DNA of 64,000 nucleotides, from NCBI GenBank assembly GCA_001780725.1, contig MFIM01000005.1:2127-66126 (forward strand), in the 5' to 3' direction. The DNA comes from Candidatus Giovannonibacteria bacterium RIFCSPLOWO2_02_FULL_45_28 (lineage in GTDB: Bacteria > Patescibacteriota > Minisyncoccia > UBA11713 > 2-01-FULL-45-33). Position numbers and translations under genes: made by a program. The notes under the pieces were generated by a model. That model had not been told where the DNA came from, did not search any database, and saw only the letters and a list, made by a program, of their open reading frames with translations. Positions within the stretch are counted from its first letter, which is position 1; every line of letters starts with the position of its first letter. Below, piece after piece: positions 46,164 through 54,831 of this stretch.

Positions 46164-47813
46164 TTATGTTTTTCTAATAAGAAAATTGCCCATAACCAGC
46201 GCGTCAAGGCCGGTTGAACTAAAACAGCGAAAAGCGTCTTTCGGAGTCGCGACAATCGGCTCATTAGCGTCGTTAAAAGAAGTATTCAAAAGGACAGGAA
46301 TTTTTTTGCGTTTTTCAAATTCTTTAAGCAATTTGTAGCATCGTGGATTTTGCGCGCGGTTTACGGTTTGCATGCGTGAACTTCCGTCAACGTGCGTAAT
46401 CGCCGGCAAAAGCGATCTAGCGCTCTTTTTGACGTAAAAAGTAAGCAGCATAAAAGGGCTTTTGGCGTAATTTTCAAAATATTTTTCCCCGTCTTCCTCT
46501 GCCACGACTGGCGCAAACGGCCGCCAAGGCTCGCGATGTTTGACATAATTGTTAACCTTGTCGTTCATGCCGTGCATCGACGGATCCGCGAGAATTGAGC
46601 GGTTGCAAAGCGCGCGCGGTCCCAGCTCCATGCGCCCCTGAAACCAGCCGACTATTTTACCTCCCGCCAGCAAACCGGCGGTAATTGCTTCAATGTTTTC
46701 GTGAAATTCATATCGCATTTTGGTTTCTTTAAGAAATTTTTCAATTTCGTTATTGCTAAACTCCGGGCCAAAATAAGCGTGCTCCATTTTAAAATTCGGC
46801 GATCCGCCAAACCGCGCCGCGGCTTCCAAAGCGGCGCCCAAAGCCGTCCCGCTGTCGTTGGCGGCTGGCTGTATAAAAATCTTGTCGCAAAAATCCGCGT
46901 TGGCGATTTTGCTGTTCATATTGCAATTTAGGGCAACGCCTCCCGCAAGGCAAAAATTGCGGATTCCGGTGAAAGCGTGTGCTTCGCGCGCTAAATTGAA
47001 AATGGATTCTTCCAATCCTTGCTGCAAGCTCGCGGCCAAATTCTTATGCTCCTCGGTCAAATCTTCTTTGGCGCTTTTTCGCTCCAGATGGCCGTACAAA
47101 CCGGAAACTTTGTCGCGGTCAATATTATAATCATTATGCGATCTGATGTTTAAAATTGAAGAAAAATCATGTTTGGGAGAGCCGTAACTCGCAAGCCCCA
47201 TAGTTTTGCCTTCGCCATGCGTGCCAAGATTCAAAAAATTTGTAACGCGGCTATATACCAAACCGATTGAGTTTCTTTTTTTTCCCCCCAAAAATCCATC
47301 CAGTTTAATATCCCAAATTTTTTTAATTTTATTTCCGCGGCCGACGAAAAAAGTAAGTGTTTCTATCTCCCCGGACGCGTCAATCGTTAAAATATTGGCT
47401 TCAGAAAAACCGGAGCACCGGTAAGAACTCGCGGCGTGCGCAAGGTGGTGCGGGATATAAACCACTCTCGCATTAGGAAACTCGCGCTTCGCGTTTCTTC
47501 TCCAATATTCAAAAATTCCGGCGTTTATAGCGCGCTTTCCAAAAGCTCTCGCGCCAAAACCGCTAAACGGATGTTTAAAGGCCAAATAAGGGTCTTGGGA
47601 TACGGCAATAATATCAATGTTTTTTTTATCAATCCCGCCCTCTTTCAGGCAATACTCAACAGCTTGATAAGGATAGCCGCGAGAATGCCGGACCCGGTTA
47701 AACCGCTCCTCCTCCGCAGTGGCCGCTAAAACGCCGTCTTTCACTAAAGCGGCCGCGCTGTCATGCAACCACGCCAGCATCCCGGGAATTTGATTGATGC
47801 CCAAAACATTCAT
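46164..47813 (-). CDS. carbamoyltransferase, NodU/CmcH/NovN family
   Basis: 549 aa with N-terminal MNVLGINQIPGMLAWLHDSAAALVKDG...EEERFNRVRH, typical of the Carbam_trans_N family. Confidence 0.7.
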   Translation of the reverse strand: MNVLGINQIPGMLAWLHDSAAALVKDGVLAATAEEERFNRVRHSRGYPYQAVEYCLKEGGIDKKNIDIIAVSQDPYLAFKHPFSGFGARAFGKRAINAGIFEYWRRNAKREFPNARVVYIPHHLAHAASSYRCSGFSEANILTIDASGEIETLTFFVGRGNKIKKIWDIKLDGFLGGKKRNSIGLVYSRVTNFLNLGTHGEGKTMGLASYGSPKHDFSSILNIRSHNDYNIDRDKVSGLYGHLERKSAKEDLTEEHKNLAASLQQGLEESIFNLAREAHAFTGIRNFCLAGGVALNCNMNSKIANADFCDKIFIQPAANDSGTALGAALEAAARFGGSPNFKMEHAYFGPEFSNNEIEKFLKETKMRYEFHENIEAITAGLLAGGKIVGWFQGRMELGPRALCNRSILADPSMHGMNDKVNNYVKHREPWRPFAPVVAEEDGEKYFENYAKSPFMLLTFYVKKSARSLLPAITHVDGSSRMQTVNRAQNPRCYKLLKEFEKRKKIPVLLNTSFNDANEPIVATPKDAFRCFSSTGLDALVMGNFLIRKT

Positions 47814-48568
47814 GTTATTTTTTGTGGCGCCGCTTCAACTCCTATGGCGCGGCCGAAATGATTCCCCAATAAAGCATTGAGCGCCTTGCCGACTATGGGC
47901 GGCATAAAATAACTTAGCAAAAATATTGAGAATCCGTATACTTGAATAGAACGTATCTCAAGTCCCGATGACATGCAAAGATCAATAACTTGTTGTTTTG
48001 ACATTTGCCGCCAATAAGGATGTTCATAACGGTCCTCCCAGTGAATCCGTTTTTTAATGCAGGCCGGTACAATTTTTGAAAGTTGCGGAACAGTACGAAA
48101 TATGGGAGTGATAATTCTCTGAATGAAAACGTCCGGAGCGTATTTATGGGAAATGATAAGCTTAATCGTGCCGTCTTTTTTGCACCACCGACGAAATTGT
48201 TCAAGCACTATGCGCGGATTCGGCGTGTGGTGCAAAACATATGTGCAAAATATATAATCAAATGAATTGTCCGGGAGCGATACTGTTTCCAGATCGCACG
48301 CGATGAGCGTGGGGCGAAAACCGAGCGCGTTTGCTTGTTGCCGCACAAACTCTATAGAATTTTCAGATTGATCGATACCGGTTACATCTGCGCCATAAAA
48401 TAAATAATCAAACAAGAAAAAACCGGAACCGCATCCGGCATCAAGCACTTTTTTGCCGCGAATTTGTTTTGGGAGGTCCAACTTTTGCAAAATACCGAAA
48501 TTGGACATCGGATGTTTATTGTAAAATGCGCGAACGTTATTTTTTATTTTCTCTGCTGTTTGGTTCAT
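47810..48568 (-). CDS. class I SAM-dependent methyltransferase
   Basis: 252 aa with VLDAGCGSGFFLFDYL motif I and VTGIDQS post-I. Confidence 0.65.
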   Translation of the reverse strand: MNQTAEKIKNNVRAFYNKHPMSNFGILQKLDLPKQIRGKKVLDAGCGSGFFLFDYLFYGADVTGIDQSENSIEFVRQQANALGFRPTLIACDLETVSLPDNSFDYIFCTYVLHHTPNPRIVLEQFRRWCKKDGTIKLIISHKYAPDVFIQRIITPIFRTVPQLSKIVPACIKKRIHWEDRYEHPYWRQMSKQQVIDLCMSSGLEIRSIQVYGFSIFLLSYFMPPIVGKALNALLGNHFGRAIGVEAAPQKIT

Positions 48569-48584
48569 AGAATGCAGGCCGGTG

Positions 48585-48641
48585 TTAACTCAACCATTTT
48601 TCGAAATCGGCTAAAATTCGCGCTATCAATAAAAATTTTCA
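48585..48641 (-). pseudogene. decayed mini-copy (fused 5' and 3' termini, interior deleted) of the transaldolase gene at 49662..50396
   Basis: 48585..48616 matches 49664..49695 (ttaactcaaccatttttc[g/a]aaatcgg..aaaa, 3' end of tal). 48616..48641 matches 50371..50396 (tt[c/t]gcgctatcaataaa[a/t]attttcat, the first 9 codons MKIFIDSAN). The two segments are fused out of frame. Confidence 0.6.
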
Positions 48642-49052
48642 TATGGCTGCTTTAACGTAAGAAATAAACTTTTTTACTTGCGGCAAATTATTTTGCAAAA
48701 CGTCGTAAACAACATCCACTCTCAAATCGTGATAATCATGCGCCAAGGCGTTGCGGAATCCGACAATCTTATGAAAATCGGCCAAAAACTCATTTGGGAT
48801 AATTTTTTCTTCTCCCAAAATATCCAGCGCCTCGCGCATTGTGGTTGGCTTCCGAAAATTTTTATAAGCCACCACCGCCTCCGCTAAATCTATAACTGCT
48901 TGAGCAACGATATAAAGCTCACGTTCAACCGCGCTCCTAATCATTAGATTAGTTTCCAAATCTTTTAAAGAATACGTTTTGTAGCTTTCGGCAACTTCTA
49001 GATGCTTGATAATATAACTTATTTGATTTTCTATAATTTGGAGATTGCTCAT
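48639..49052 (-). CDS. hepT: HepT-like toxin (DUF86, nucleotidyltransferase substrate-binding/HEPN)
   Basis: 137 aa with the RNALAHDY (Rx4HxY HEPN) motif. 4-nt overlap with the upstream mntA. Confidence 0.7.
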   Translation of the reverse strand: MSNLQIIENQISYIIKHLEVAESYKTYSLKDLETNLMIRSAVERELYIVAQAVIDLAEAVVAYKNFRKPTTMREALDILGEEKIIPNEFLADFHKIVGFRNALAHDYHDLRVDVVYDVLQNNLPQVKKFISYVKAAI

Positions 49053-49453
49053 TTTGCCCGTGTTAAATTATATTTTTTAAGCAGATAGATAAAATCAAAA
49101 TATTCATTAAACACTCTAGGCTCTAAAAGCAACCTGTTTGGTTCGCGCTCAAAAATTATCTTGCCGCTAGAAATAATTTGATATTTAAGCTCTGGCGATT
49201 CAATGTCATTCATGCTATGGACATCAACCTTATTTGTTGCGAGCATTTTTGAAATTTCCGAAGAAAAATAGAAAACCATCTGTCCTCTTTTTATGGGACT
49301 TTTTTCCGTAAAGTAAATTCCAAAATCGTAATCGCTCATCGGCCCAGTTTTACCGCTTGCTTGGGAGCCGAAAAGGTAAACGAGGCCGACAGCCGGTTCG
49401 GCTTCAAACACAGCTGATAATTTATCTTTTATCTCTTTAACAGCCTTACTCAT
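49049..49453 (-). CDS. mntA: MntA-like nucleotidyltransferase antitoxin
   Basis: 134 aa with LFGSQASGKTGPMSDYDFGIYF (GS...DxD minimal nucleotidyltransferase motif). Confidence 0.7.
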   Translation of the reverse strand: MSKAVKEIKDKLSAVFEAEPAVGLVYLFGSQASGKTGPMSDYDFGIYFTEKSPIKRGQMVFYFSSEISKMLATNKVDVHSMNDIESPELKYQIISSGKIIFEREPNRLLLEPRVFNEYFDFIYLLKKYNLTRAK

Positions 49454-49661
49454 GTCGCATTTATAGTAAAATAATTTTGACTATTTTACAAGCTATTGAC
49501 AAAAATAGGCCTCTTATGCTAAGCTGTTTTTAGAATAAACGGAGGCAACCTATGGAACAAGTTGAAGCAAGAGGTATCCTTGGCCACCGCGCGATAAACT
49601 CCCAGTTCTCGAAAGCCCAGAGTCGGTCGCATGACCTCAGTTTTTTATTTTTTAATTATTT

Positions 49662-50396
49662 TTAACTCAACCATTTTTCAAAATCGGTCAAAAATTGATT
49701 GACGACTTGGTCGGTTTTGAAATGGGAAATCATGTCCGGGAAAAACTTCGGCGGAACAGTCACAATATGCGCGCCCGCCAAACGAGCATCCCGAACGTCT
49801 ACGACGCTCCGCATACTGCCTGCGATGATTTCTGAATTGATTTTGCTCTCGTCAAAAATCCGGCGCGTAGCGCTTACAACCCTAATAGGATCAAAATCTG
49901 CGTCGTCAAGAGCTTTTTTGGCTTTAGTTTCCTCGCGTTCCTTTAACATGGCAGCATCTGTTCCGCCGTCTCTTATGCGGCCCCAAAAAAGACTGACGTA
50001 TTTTGCGCCAGCGCGCGCCGCCATAACCGCCTGGGTCACGCTCATGCAAGCGGTACAGTTTACAGAGATTCCCATTTCGCTCAATTTTTTGATTGTTTCC
50101 AATTCTCCCCAGCCCACTTGAACTTTAATGCTTATTTGCGGATAACCGAACTCCCTAATAAACTCTCTGGCTTGTTTTAAAATAATTTCTTTGTCTCTGG
50201 AAAAAACTTCCACGCTCAAATGAATGCCGGGTTTGTATTTATTGATTAAATCTATTATTGCTCCGATATGAGATTCAAACGAACCTTTCGGTTCCTTGGC
50301 CAAAAGCGAAGGATTGGTGGTTATGCCCTCGGCGAAACCTCGCTTTAGGGCTTCTTCAATGTCCGTTAAATTTGCGCTATCAATAAATATTTTCAT
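49662..50396 (-). CDS. transaldolase / fructose-6-phosphate aldolase (TalC/FSA subfamily)
   Basis: 244 aa with MKIFIDSANLTDIEEALKRGFAEGITTNPSL and a Schiff-base lysine region, the short TIM-barrel transaldolase type. Confidence 0.7.
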   Translation of the reverse strand: MKIFIDSANLTDIEEALKRGFAEGITTNPSLLAKEPKGSFESHIGAIIDLINKYKPGIHLSVEVFSRDKEIILKQAREFIREFGYPQISIKVQVGWGELETIKKLSEMGISVNCTACMSVTQAVMAARAGAKYVSLFWGRIRDGGTDAAMLKEREETKAKKALDDADFDPIRVVSATRRIFDESKINSEIIAGSMRSVVDVRDARLAGAHIVTVPPKFFPDMISHFKTDQVVNQFLTDFEKWLS

Positions 50397-50958
50397 GAAT
50401 ATATCTTACTGCTTCTGATAAATTTGTCACGCGCGCATCGGCTTTTAAATTTTTATTTTGCGCGCAATCTATTAAAATTGTTTTGCATCCGGCCGCTTGG
50501 CTGGCTTTTATATCGCTTTCCGAGTCTCCGACCATAAAAGATTTTTTTAAATCAATCCCCCATTTTTGCGCGGCCGAAATCAGCATTCCGGGCTTCGGTT
50601 TTTTGCATTCGCACCCGTCGTCTCGCCCATGCATACAAACAAAAATATCATCCAGCGACAGTTCTTTAATATCAGCCATTATTTTATCATATTCTAATTG
50701 AGACATATTCCCGTAAACTACGTCCGGCTGATTGGTCACCAAAATTTTTAAAAAACCAAGCTTGCCGAATTCTTCCAAGGCCACAGCAACACCATCTTTA
50801 CAATGAAACTCGTCGTGCCTCCACGGAGCAGTCCAGCGCACCTTCTTGTCTTGGACAAAAACATTTTCGCCTCGATCCACTGTGTCATTTATCACTCCGT
50901 CTCTGTCCAAAAATACTGCGCGCCTTAAACCAGTTTCGGTTTTTGGATTCCTTCCCAT
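50380..50958 (-). CDS. gmhB: HAD-IIIA phosphatase, GmhB-like (D-glycero-D-manno-heptose 1,7-bisphosphate phosphatase)
   Basis: AVFLDRDGVIN (DxD motif I), VTNQ, ...GDSESDIKA; a CxHx..CxC zinc-binding insert (CMHGRDDGCEC) as in GmhB. The internal ATG at 50958 was chosen. Confidence 0.6.
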   Translation of the reverse strand: MGRNPKTETGLRRAVFLDRDGVINDTVDRGENVFVQDKKVRWTAPWRHDEFHCKDGVAVALEEFGKLGFLKILVTNQPDVVYGNMSQLEYDKIMADIKELSLDDIFVCMHGRDDGCECKKPKPGMLISAAQKWGIDLKKSFMVGDSESDIKASQAAGCKTILIDCAQNKNLKADARVTNLSEAVRYIHENIY

Positions 50959-51572
50959 TTTCCTTCGGTCATTTTTAATTCCGGATGAAAAACTATCGCG
51001 TGCCAAAGCACAGCTTGCCACGATTCGGCGTGCGCCGTTACGTTTTCCGGGTTTACCACCGGCACCAAAACACAGGCGTCCGCCACTTTGGCGGTGTACC
51101 CGCCGTCGCGGCTCACTATGCCTATTATCTTGGCGCCGCGATCTTTAGCGTGAATTAACGCGTGAACAATATTAGCGCTGATATTTTTTTCCGCGTTTCC
51201 GCCGCCGACGGAAAACACCATCACCGCGTCATTTGGATTTAAATGGTTATGCTCCAGCCACTTCACAAAAACCGAATCCCAGCCGTCGTCGTTAACGCGG
51301 GCGGTGAGCTCGGCAACGTTGTCGGTTGGAGAATAAGACTGGATATGGGCGATTTTCCGAAAATCATTCACGGCATGCGAGGCGTTGGCCGCAGATCCGC
51401 CAACCCCCAAAATAAAAAGCCGGCCTTTCTTTTCCCTCACGCCCTTTAAAATATCAACGGCGCAAGAAACTGCCTCTCGGTCAATCCGGCGGGTAATCTC
51501 GGCTACCTCACTCAAATAGTTCTCTATATATTCGCGGTGAAGCATATTTTTATAACTCCCGAAGCTCCTCAA
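50925..51572 (-). CDS. gmhA: SIS-domain phosphoheptose isomerase, GmhA-like
   Basis: 215 aa with GRLFILGVGGSAANASHAVNDF ... VFSVGGGNAEKN, matching GmhA/DiaA. Confidence 0.65.
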   Translation of the reverse strand: MRSFGSYKNMLHREYIENYLSEVAEITRRIDREAVSCAVDILKGVREKKGRLFILGVGGSAANASHAVNDFRKIAHIQSYSPTDNVAELTARVNDDGWDSVFVKWLEHNHLNPNDAVMVFSVGGGNAEKNISANIVHALIHAKDRGAKIIGIVSRDGGYTAKVADACVLVPVVNPENVTAHAESWQAVLWHAIVFHPELKMTEGKWEGIQKPKLV

Positions 51573-52275
51573 AGTATTCTCTTGTCCTTTCTAAGTATTC
51601 CAAAGTGTCTGCTCCGAAAACAGCCTCTGTCGGAGAAAGAATGTGGGTTTGAATCGGAATGCCTTTTTGGAGCAAATCGGGAAAAACATGTTTTCCAAAA
51701 TCATAAAAAGCGCCAGCTGGAATATATTTAAAAATATCCGGTTTTAAAATATATACGCCCGCATTAACAAAATTAATGTCAGGCCGAGACGCGCCCTCCC
51801 AAAAATCTTTTACGAAACCGCTATAGTCAATCTCTACAACGCCCCCTGCGGCTCCGCTGTTCGGATTAATTTTCCTGTCAAATAACGCAATCAAGGCCGG
51901 ACTGCGAGGATCCGGCGAAGCGCTTAAAATTTTCCCGAAATCCATATTAAAAACATTGTCGCCGTAAACCACCAAAAACGGTTCTTTTAATTTTCCTTCC
52001 AGCCTCTTTACGGCCCCTGCGATACCAACCAGGTCTTTTTCATAAAAATATTCAACCTTAAGGCCGAACCGGGACCCGTTACCAAAATAATCTGAAATTT
52101 TATCCGCCAAGTAATGCGTGTTTAAAATAACATCCCTTATTCCGGCTCTTTTTAACTGCTGCAGTGTGCGCTCTAAAATATTTTTACCGGCAACTTCTAT
52201 CAAAGGCTTGGGTGTGTCATTTGTCAAAGGCCGCAAACGAGTGCTCAACCCTCCTGCTATAATTACAGCTTTCAT
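51550..52275 (-). CDS. sugar-1-phosphate nucleotidyltransferase (HddC/RmlA-like)
   Basis: 241 aa with MKAVIIAGGLSTRLRPLTNDTPKPL, the NTP_transferase signature. Context (gmhA, gmhB) favours a heptose-1-P guanylyltransferase, but an RmlA-type role is not excluded. Confidence 0.6.
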   Translation of the reverse strand: MKAVIIAGGLSTRLRPLTNDTPKPLIEVAGKNILERTLQQLKRAGIRDVILNTHYLADKISDYFGNGSRFGLKVEYFYEKDLVGIAGAVKRLEGKLKEPFLVVYGDNVFNMDFGKILSASPDPRSPALIALFDRKINPNSGAAGGVVEIDYSGFVKDFWEGASRPDINFVNAGVYILKPDIFKYIPAGAFYDFGKHVFPDLLQKGIPIQTHILSPTEAVFGADTLEYLERTREYFEELREL

Positions 52276-53231
52276 AATTTTGGAATAACGTATTTTTTAA
52301 TGTAATCTACGCTCTTTTTCAGCCCTTCCTCCAAACTAGTTTTCGGTTTCCAACCCAAAGCCCTCGCCTTGGAAATATCGGCCTCCGTCCTTTCTACGCC
52401 GAAACTCAATGAGGGGCGCAGTTCCGGCTCCACCTTCGTGCCCAACAGCTTTTGTGTCGCATCCAAAAGTTCCTTAAAACTGGTGGCGATACCGCTGCCC
52501 AAATTATACACTTGGCCGTTTGTAAAACTATTTTCCATCGCTAAAAGATGAAAATCGTTAATATTGTCCACGTAAATATAATCTTTGCTGCGCTCTCCTT
52601 CGCCGTATAAAATCGGCTTCTCTCCTCGCAAAAGCTGGATAATAAATTCGCTCACGATTGGTCGGTCGGTTCTTCGCCAGTCTTGCCGTGGGCCATAGAC
52701 ATTAAAATACCGCAGACCAGCAATATTCATCTTGTGGTATTTTACGTAACTTTGCGCAAAAAAATGGCCGGCGGCTTTAGAATCCGCATAAAAAGTTTCC
52801 GGCTGCATTTTTTCTTCTGTTGTCGGGAAGGTTTTTAAGCCGCTATAAACATCCGAACTTTCCGCGTAGATAATTTTTCTTACATTAGCCCTCTTCGCGG
52901 CTTCTAAAACGTTCACCGTGCCGACGACGTTGATGTCCGCTGTGTCCACCGGATCTCTTTGGCAGTCTGAAAGGCAATTTTTAGCCGCCATATGAAAAAC
53001 CGTATCTACGCCCTCAAATACCGGATAAATATCTTTGGAACGGATATCCAGTTTATGAAATTCCGCTTCCGGCGCAATTTGTTCTTTTAGACCGTACGAC
53101 AAATTATCTATCCCGATTACCTTATGGCCTGCGGCAATAAGCCTGTCGGCAAGATTGCTCCCTATAAAACCGGCGATGCCGGTAACTAAAACTTTTTTCT
53201 GATTCATAATCTTGATAAAACGTTTCTGCAA
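52272..53231 (-). CDS. NAD-dependent sugar epimerase/dehydratase (extended SDR)
   Basis: VLVTGIAGFIGSNL...YADSK. The start may be the internal ATG at 53207. Confidence 0.7.
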   Translation of the reverse strand: MQKRFIKIMNQKKVLVTGIAGFIGSNLADRLIAAGHKVIGIDNLSYGLKEQIAPEAEFHKLDIRSKDIYPVFEGVDTVFHMAAKNCLSDCQRDPVDTADINVVGTVNVLEAAKRANVRKIIYAESSDVYSGLKTFPTTEEKMQPETFYADSKAAGHFFAQSYVKYHKMNIAGLRYFNVYGPRQDWRRTDRPIVSEFIIQLLRGEKPILYGEGERSKDYIYVDNINDFHLLAMENSFTNGQVYNLGSGIATSFKELLDATQKLLGTKVEPELRPSLSFGVERTEADISKARALGWKPKTSLEEGLKKSVDYIKKYVIPKL

Positions 53232-53810
53232 CTACTTATCTTTTAGCTTCTTAAATTTTTCCTCCAGCCAACCAAGCACGAGAAGCTGGTCGTCAACTGT
53301 AGCACGACGGATTTGTGACAATAAATGGATCTGGTCGGGTTTCGGTAGTGCGGTATTTTGCAAGCCCTCGTTACAGTTGGAACAAATGGCTTTGAGATTG
53401 CTCGGTTCATCTGAGCCGCCTTTTGATTTATCTATGATATGCCCAATAGTAAGGCGTATTTTTCTATCGGGATGAAATGGGTCAATATCAGAGGCAGCCA
53501 TTCCGCAACTCTGGCACGTAAAACCATTTCTGTCTAAAACAAAGGCTCTCGTTTCTTTAGATATGCCTCTGGCAAAAGCTGGTTTTCTTTTTTCTGTTAA
53601 CAAAATATATTGTCCGGGTTTTAAATCAGCTTTGTCTTTGTGTGAGATGATCTGATAACCATCCTCATCTCTAAGCTCACGCACGCGACGTGCCCACTCT
53701 GCCGCCCAACCAGAAGCTTTCTGTAATTGCCTTGAATCAACGATGTCGCCCACATTAGTCAAAAGAAAATTTAGTATTTTTTGTTTTGAACTTTTTTTAA
53801 ATGTAGTCAT
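53232..53810 (-). CDS. HNH-nuclease-domain protein, candidate restriction endonuclease of an R-M pair
   Basis: 192 aa with a C-terminal CQSCG...HIIDKSKGGSDEPSNLKAICSNCN (zinc-bound HNH). Immediately downstream of, and co-oriented with, a C5 DNA methyltransferase. Confidence 0.5.
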   Translation of the reverse strand: MTTFKKSSKQKILNFLLTNVGDIVDSRQLQKASGWAAEWARRVRELRDEDGYQIISHKDKADLKPGQYILLTEKRKPAFARGISKETRAFVLDRNGFTCQSCGMAASDIDPFHPDRKIRLTIGHIIDKSKGGSDEPSNLKAICSNCNEGLQNTALPKPDQIHLLSQIRRATVDDQLLVLGWLEEKFKKLKDK

Positions 53811-53811
53811 T

Positions 53812-54801
53812 TTAGGATTCTAACGCTTTTTTAATAGCGAGGCCAACCGCATGAGCAACCGGGGGCGGGAATGCGTTGCCGATTTGCTTATACGCAGTCG
53901 TTTTTGGGCCAACAAAGTGCCACCAATCTGGAAATCCTTGTATGCGGGCGGCCATTTTAACAGTAATTTTAGGTATATGATTTTTGGATTCCTTGGCAGA
54001 GGGAGCCTCATCAGCAATGCCGATACCGTTAACGGATAATTTAAGCCATTGTGCTCGTGTCCGTGTTGGACCAAGGTCGGGGCCTCCGTGTTTTACAGAG
54101 CCACCGACAATTGTGGGGCCAATGTCAGCAGCTTTCTCGGCCCATGACTCGGCATGTTTCCATCCGTTTTTAACCATAAGATCTTTTAGGGTTTCGCCAA
54201 CTGTTTTTTTGCCTATCTTTTTTTCAGGCCAACTAAAGTTTTCAGCATACTTTTTTTGAAGACCAACTAAAACAAAACGTGGTCTGAGTTGCGGTACTCC
54301 AAAATCTGAAGCATTGAGTATGGTCATAAAAATTTTATAACCCATTTTTTCAAGCCGAGATTGTAATTTATTTCTGTACTCAACAAACTTTGCAGACATA
54401 AAGCCTGGTACATTTTCCAAGAGAACGGCTCGCGGTCGCGCTTCATCAATTATCCTAAGAGCTGTCGGGAATAAGTCACGCTCGTCTTTTTCTCCTAACT
54501 GTTTACCTGCAAAAGAAAAGGGAGGGCAAGGAACACCGCCAGCGATAAGGTCAACTCCCGCAAAGTCCCCGCCTGAGAGCGTTTTAATATCTTGTTTGAT
54601 TACATTCCAATAAGGTCGGTTGAATCGCAATGTTTCGCAAAATCGTGGATCAATTTCTACAACAGCAATAGGTTCGAAACCAGCCAGTTCAAGACCCAAT
54701 GCCTGACCGCCCCCACCAGCACACAGCTCAAGAACAATCGGCTTTCGGTACCCTCTTTTTAATACATATTGGTGTGTCGGCTCAGCTAATATTACAGTCA
54801 T
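53812..54801 (-). CDS. DNA (cytosine-5)-methyltransferase
   Basis: Motif I LELCAGGGGQALGLE, motif IV GGVPCPPFSFAGK, motif VI LLENVPG, motif VIII QLRPRFVLVG and motif X IGNAFPPPV. Confidence 0.8.
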   Translation of the reverse strand: MTVILAEPTHQYVLKRGYRKPIVLELCAGGGGQALGLELAGFEPIAVVEIDPRFCETLRFNRPYWNVIKQDIKTLSGGDFAGVDLIAGGVPCPPFSFAGKQLGEKDERDLFPTALRIIDEARPRAVLLENVPGFMSAKFVEYRNKLQSRLEKMGYKIFMTILNASDFGVPQLRPRFVLVGLQKKYAENFSWPEKKIGKKTVGETLKDLMVKNGWKHAESWAEKAADIGPTIVGGSVKHGGPDLGPTRTRAQWLKLSVNGIGIADEAPSAKESKNHIPKITVKMAARIQGFPDWWHFVGPKTTAYKQIGNAFPPPVAHAVGLAIKKALES

Positions 54802-54831
54802 AAAGTTAGTATATCATTTTTACTTCATAAA

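Noticed and set aside
49551-49664. 37-codon plus-strand ORF (MEQVEARGILGHRAINSQFSKAQSRSHDLSFLFFNYF) with an upstream TTGACA box in the TA-tal spacer
   Set aside because: No RBS-to-start consistency beyond GGAGG, no motifs, and its 3' half is the tal 3'-end repeat read in another frame. Kept only as a note inside the tal-remnant finding.
48585-50396. Repeated ~30-bp segments, considered as a possible CRISPR or other spacer-repeat array
   Set aside because: Only two copies of each segment, and they correspond exactly to the 5' and 3' termini of the tal gene, a gene-remnant duplication. There are no regularly spaced repeats and no cas genes.
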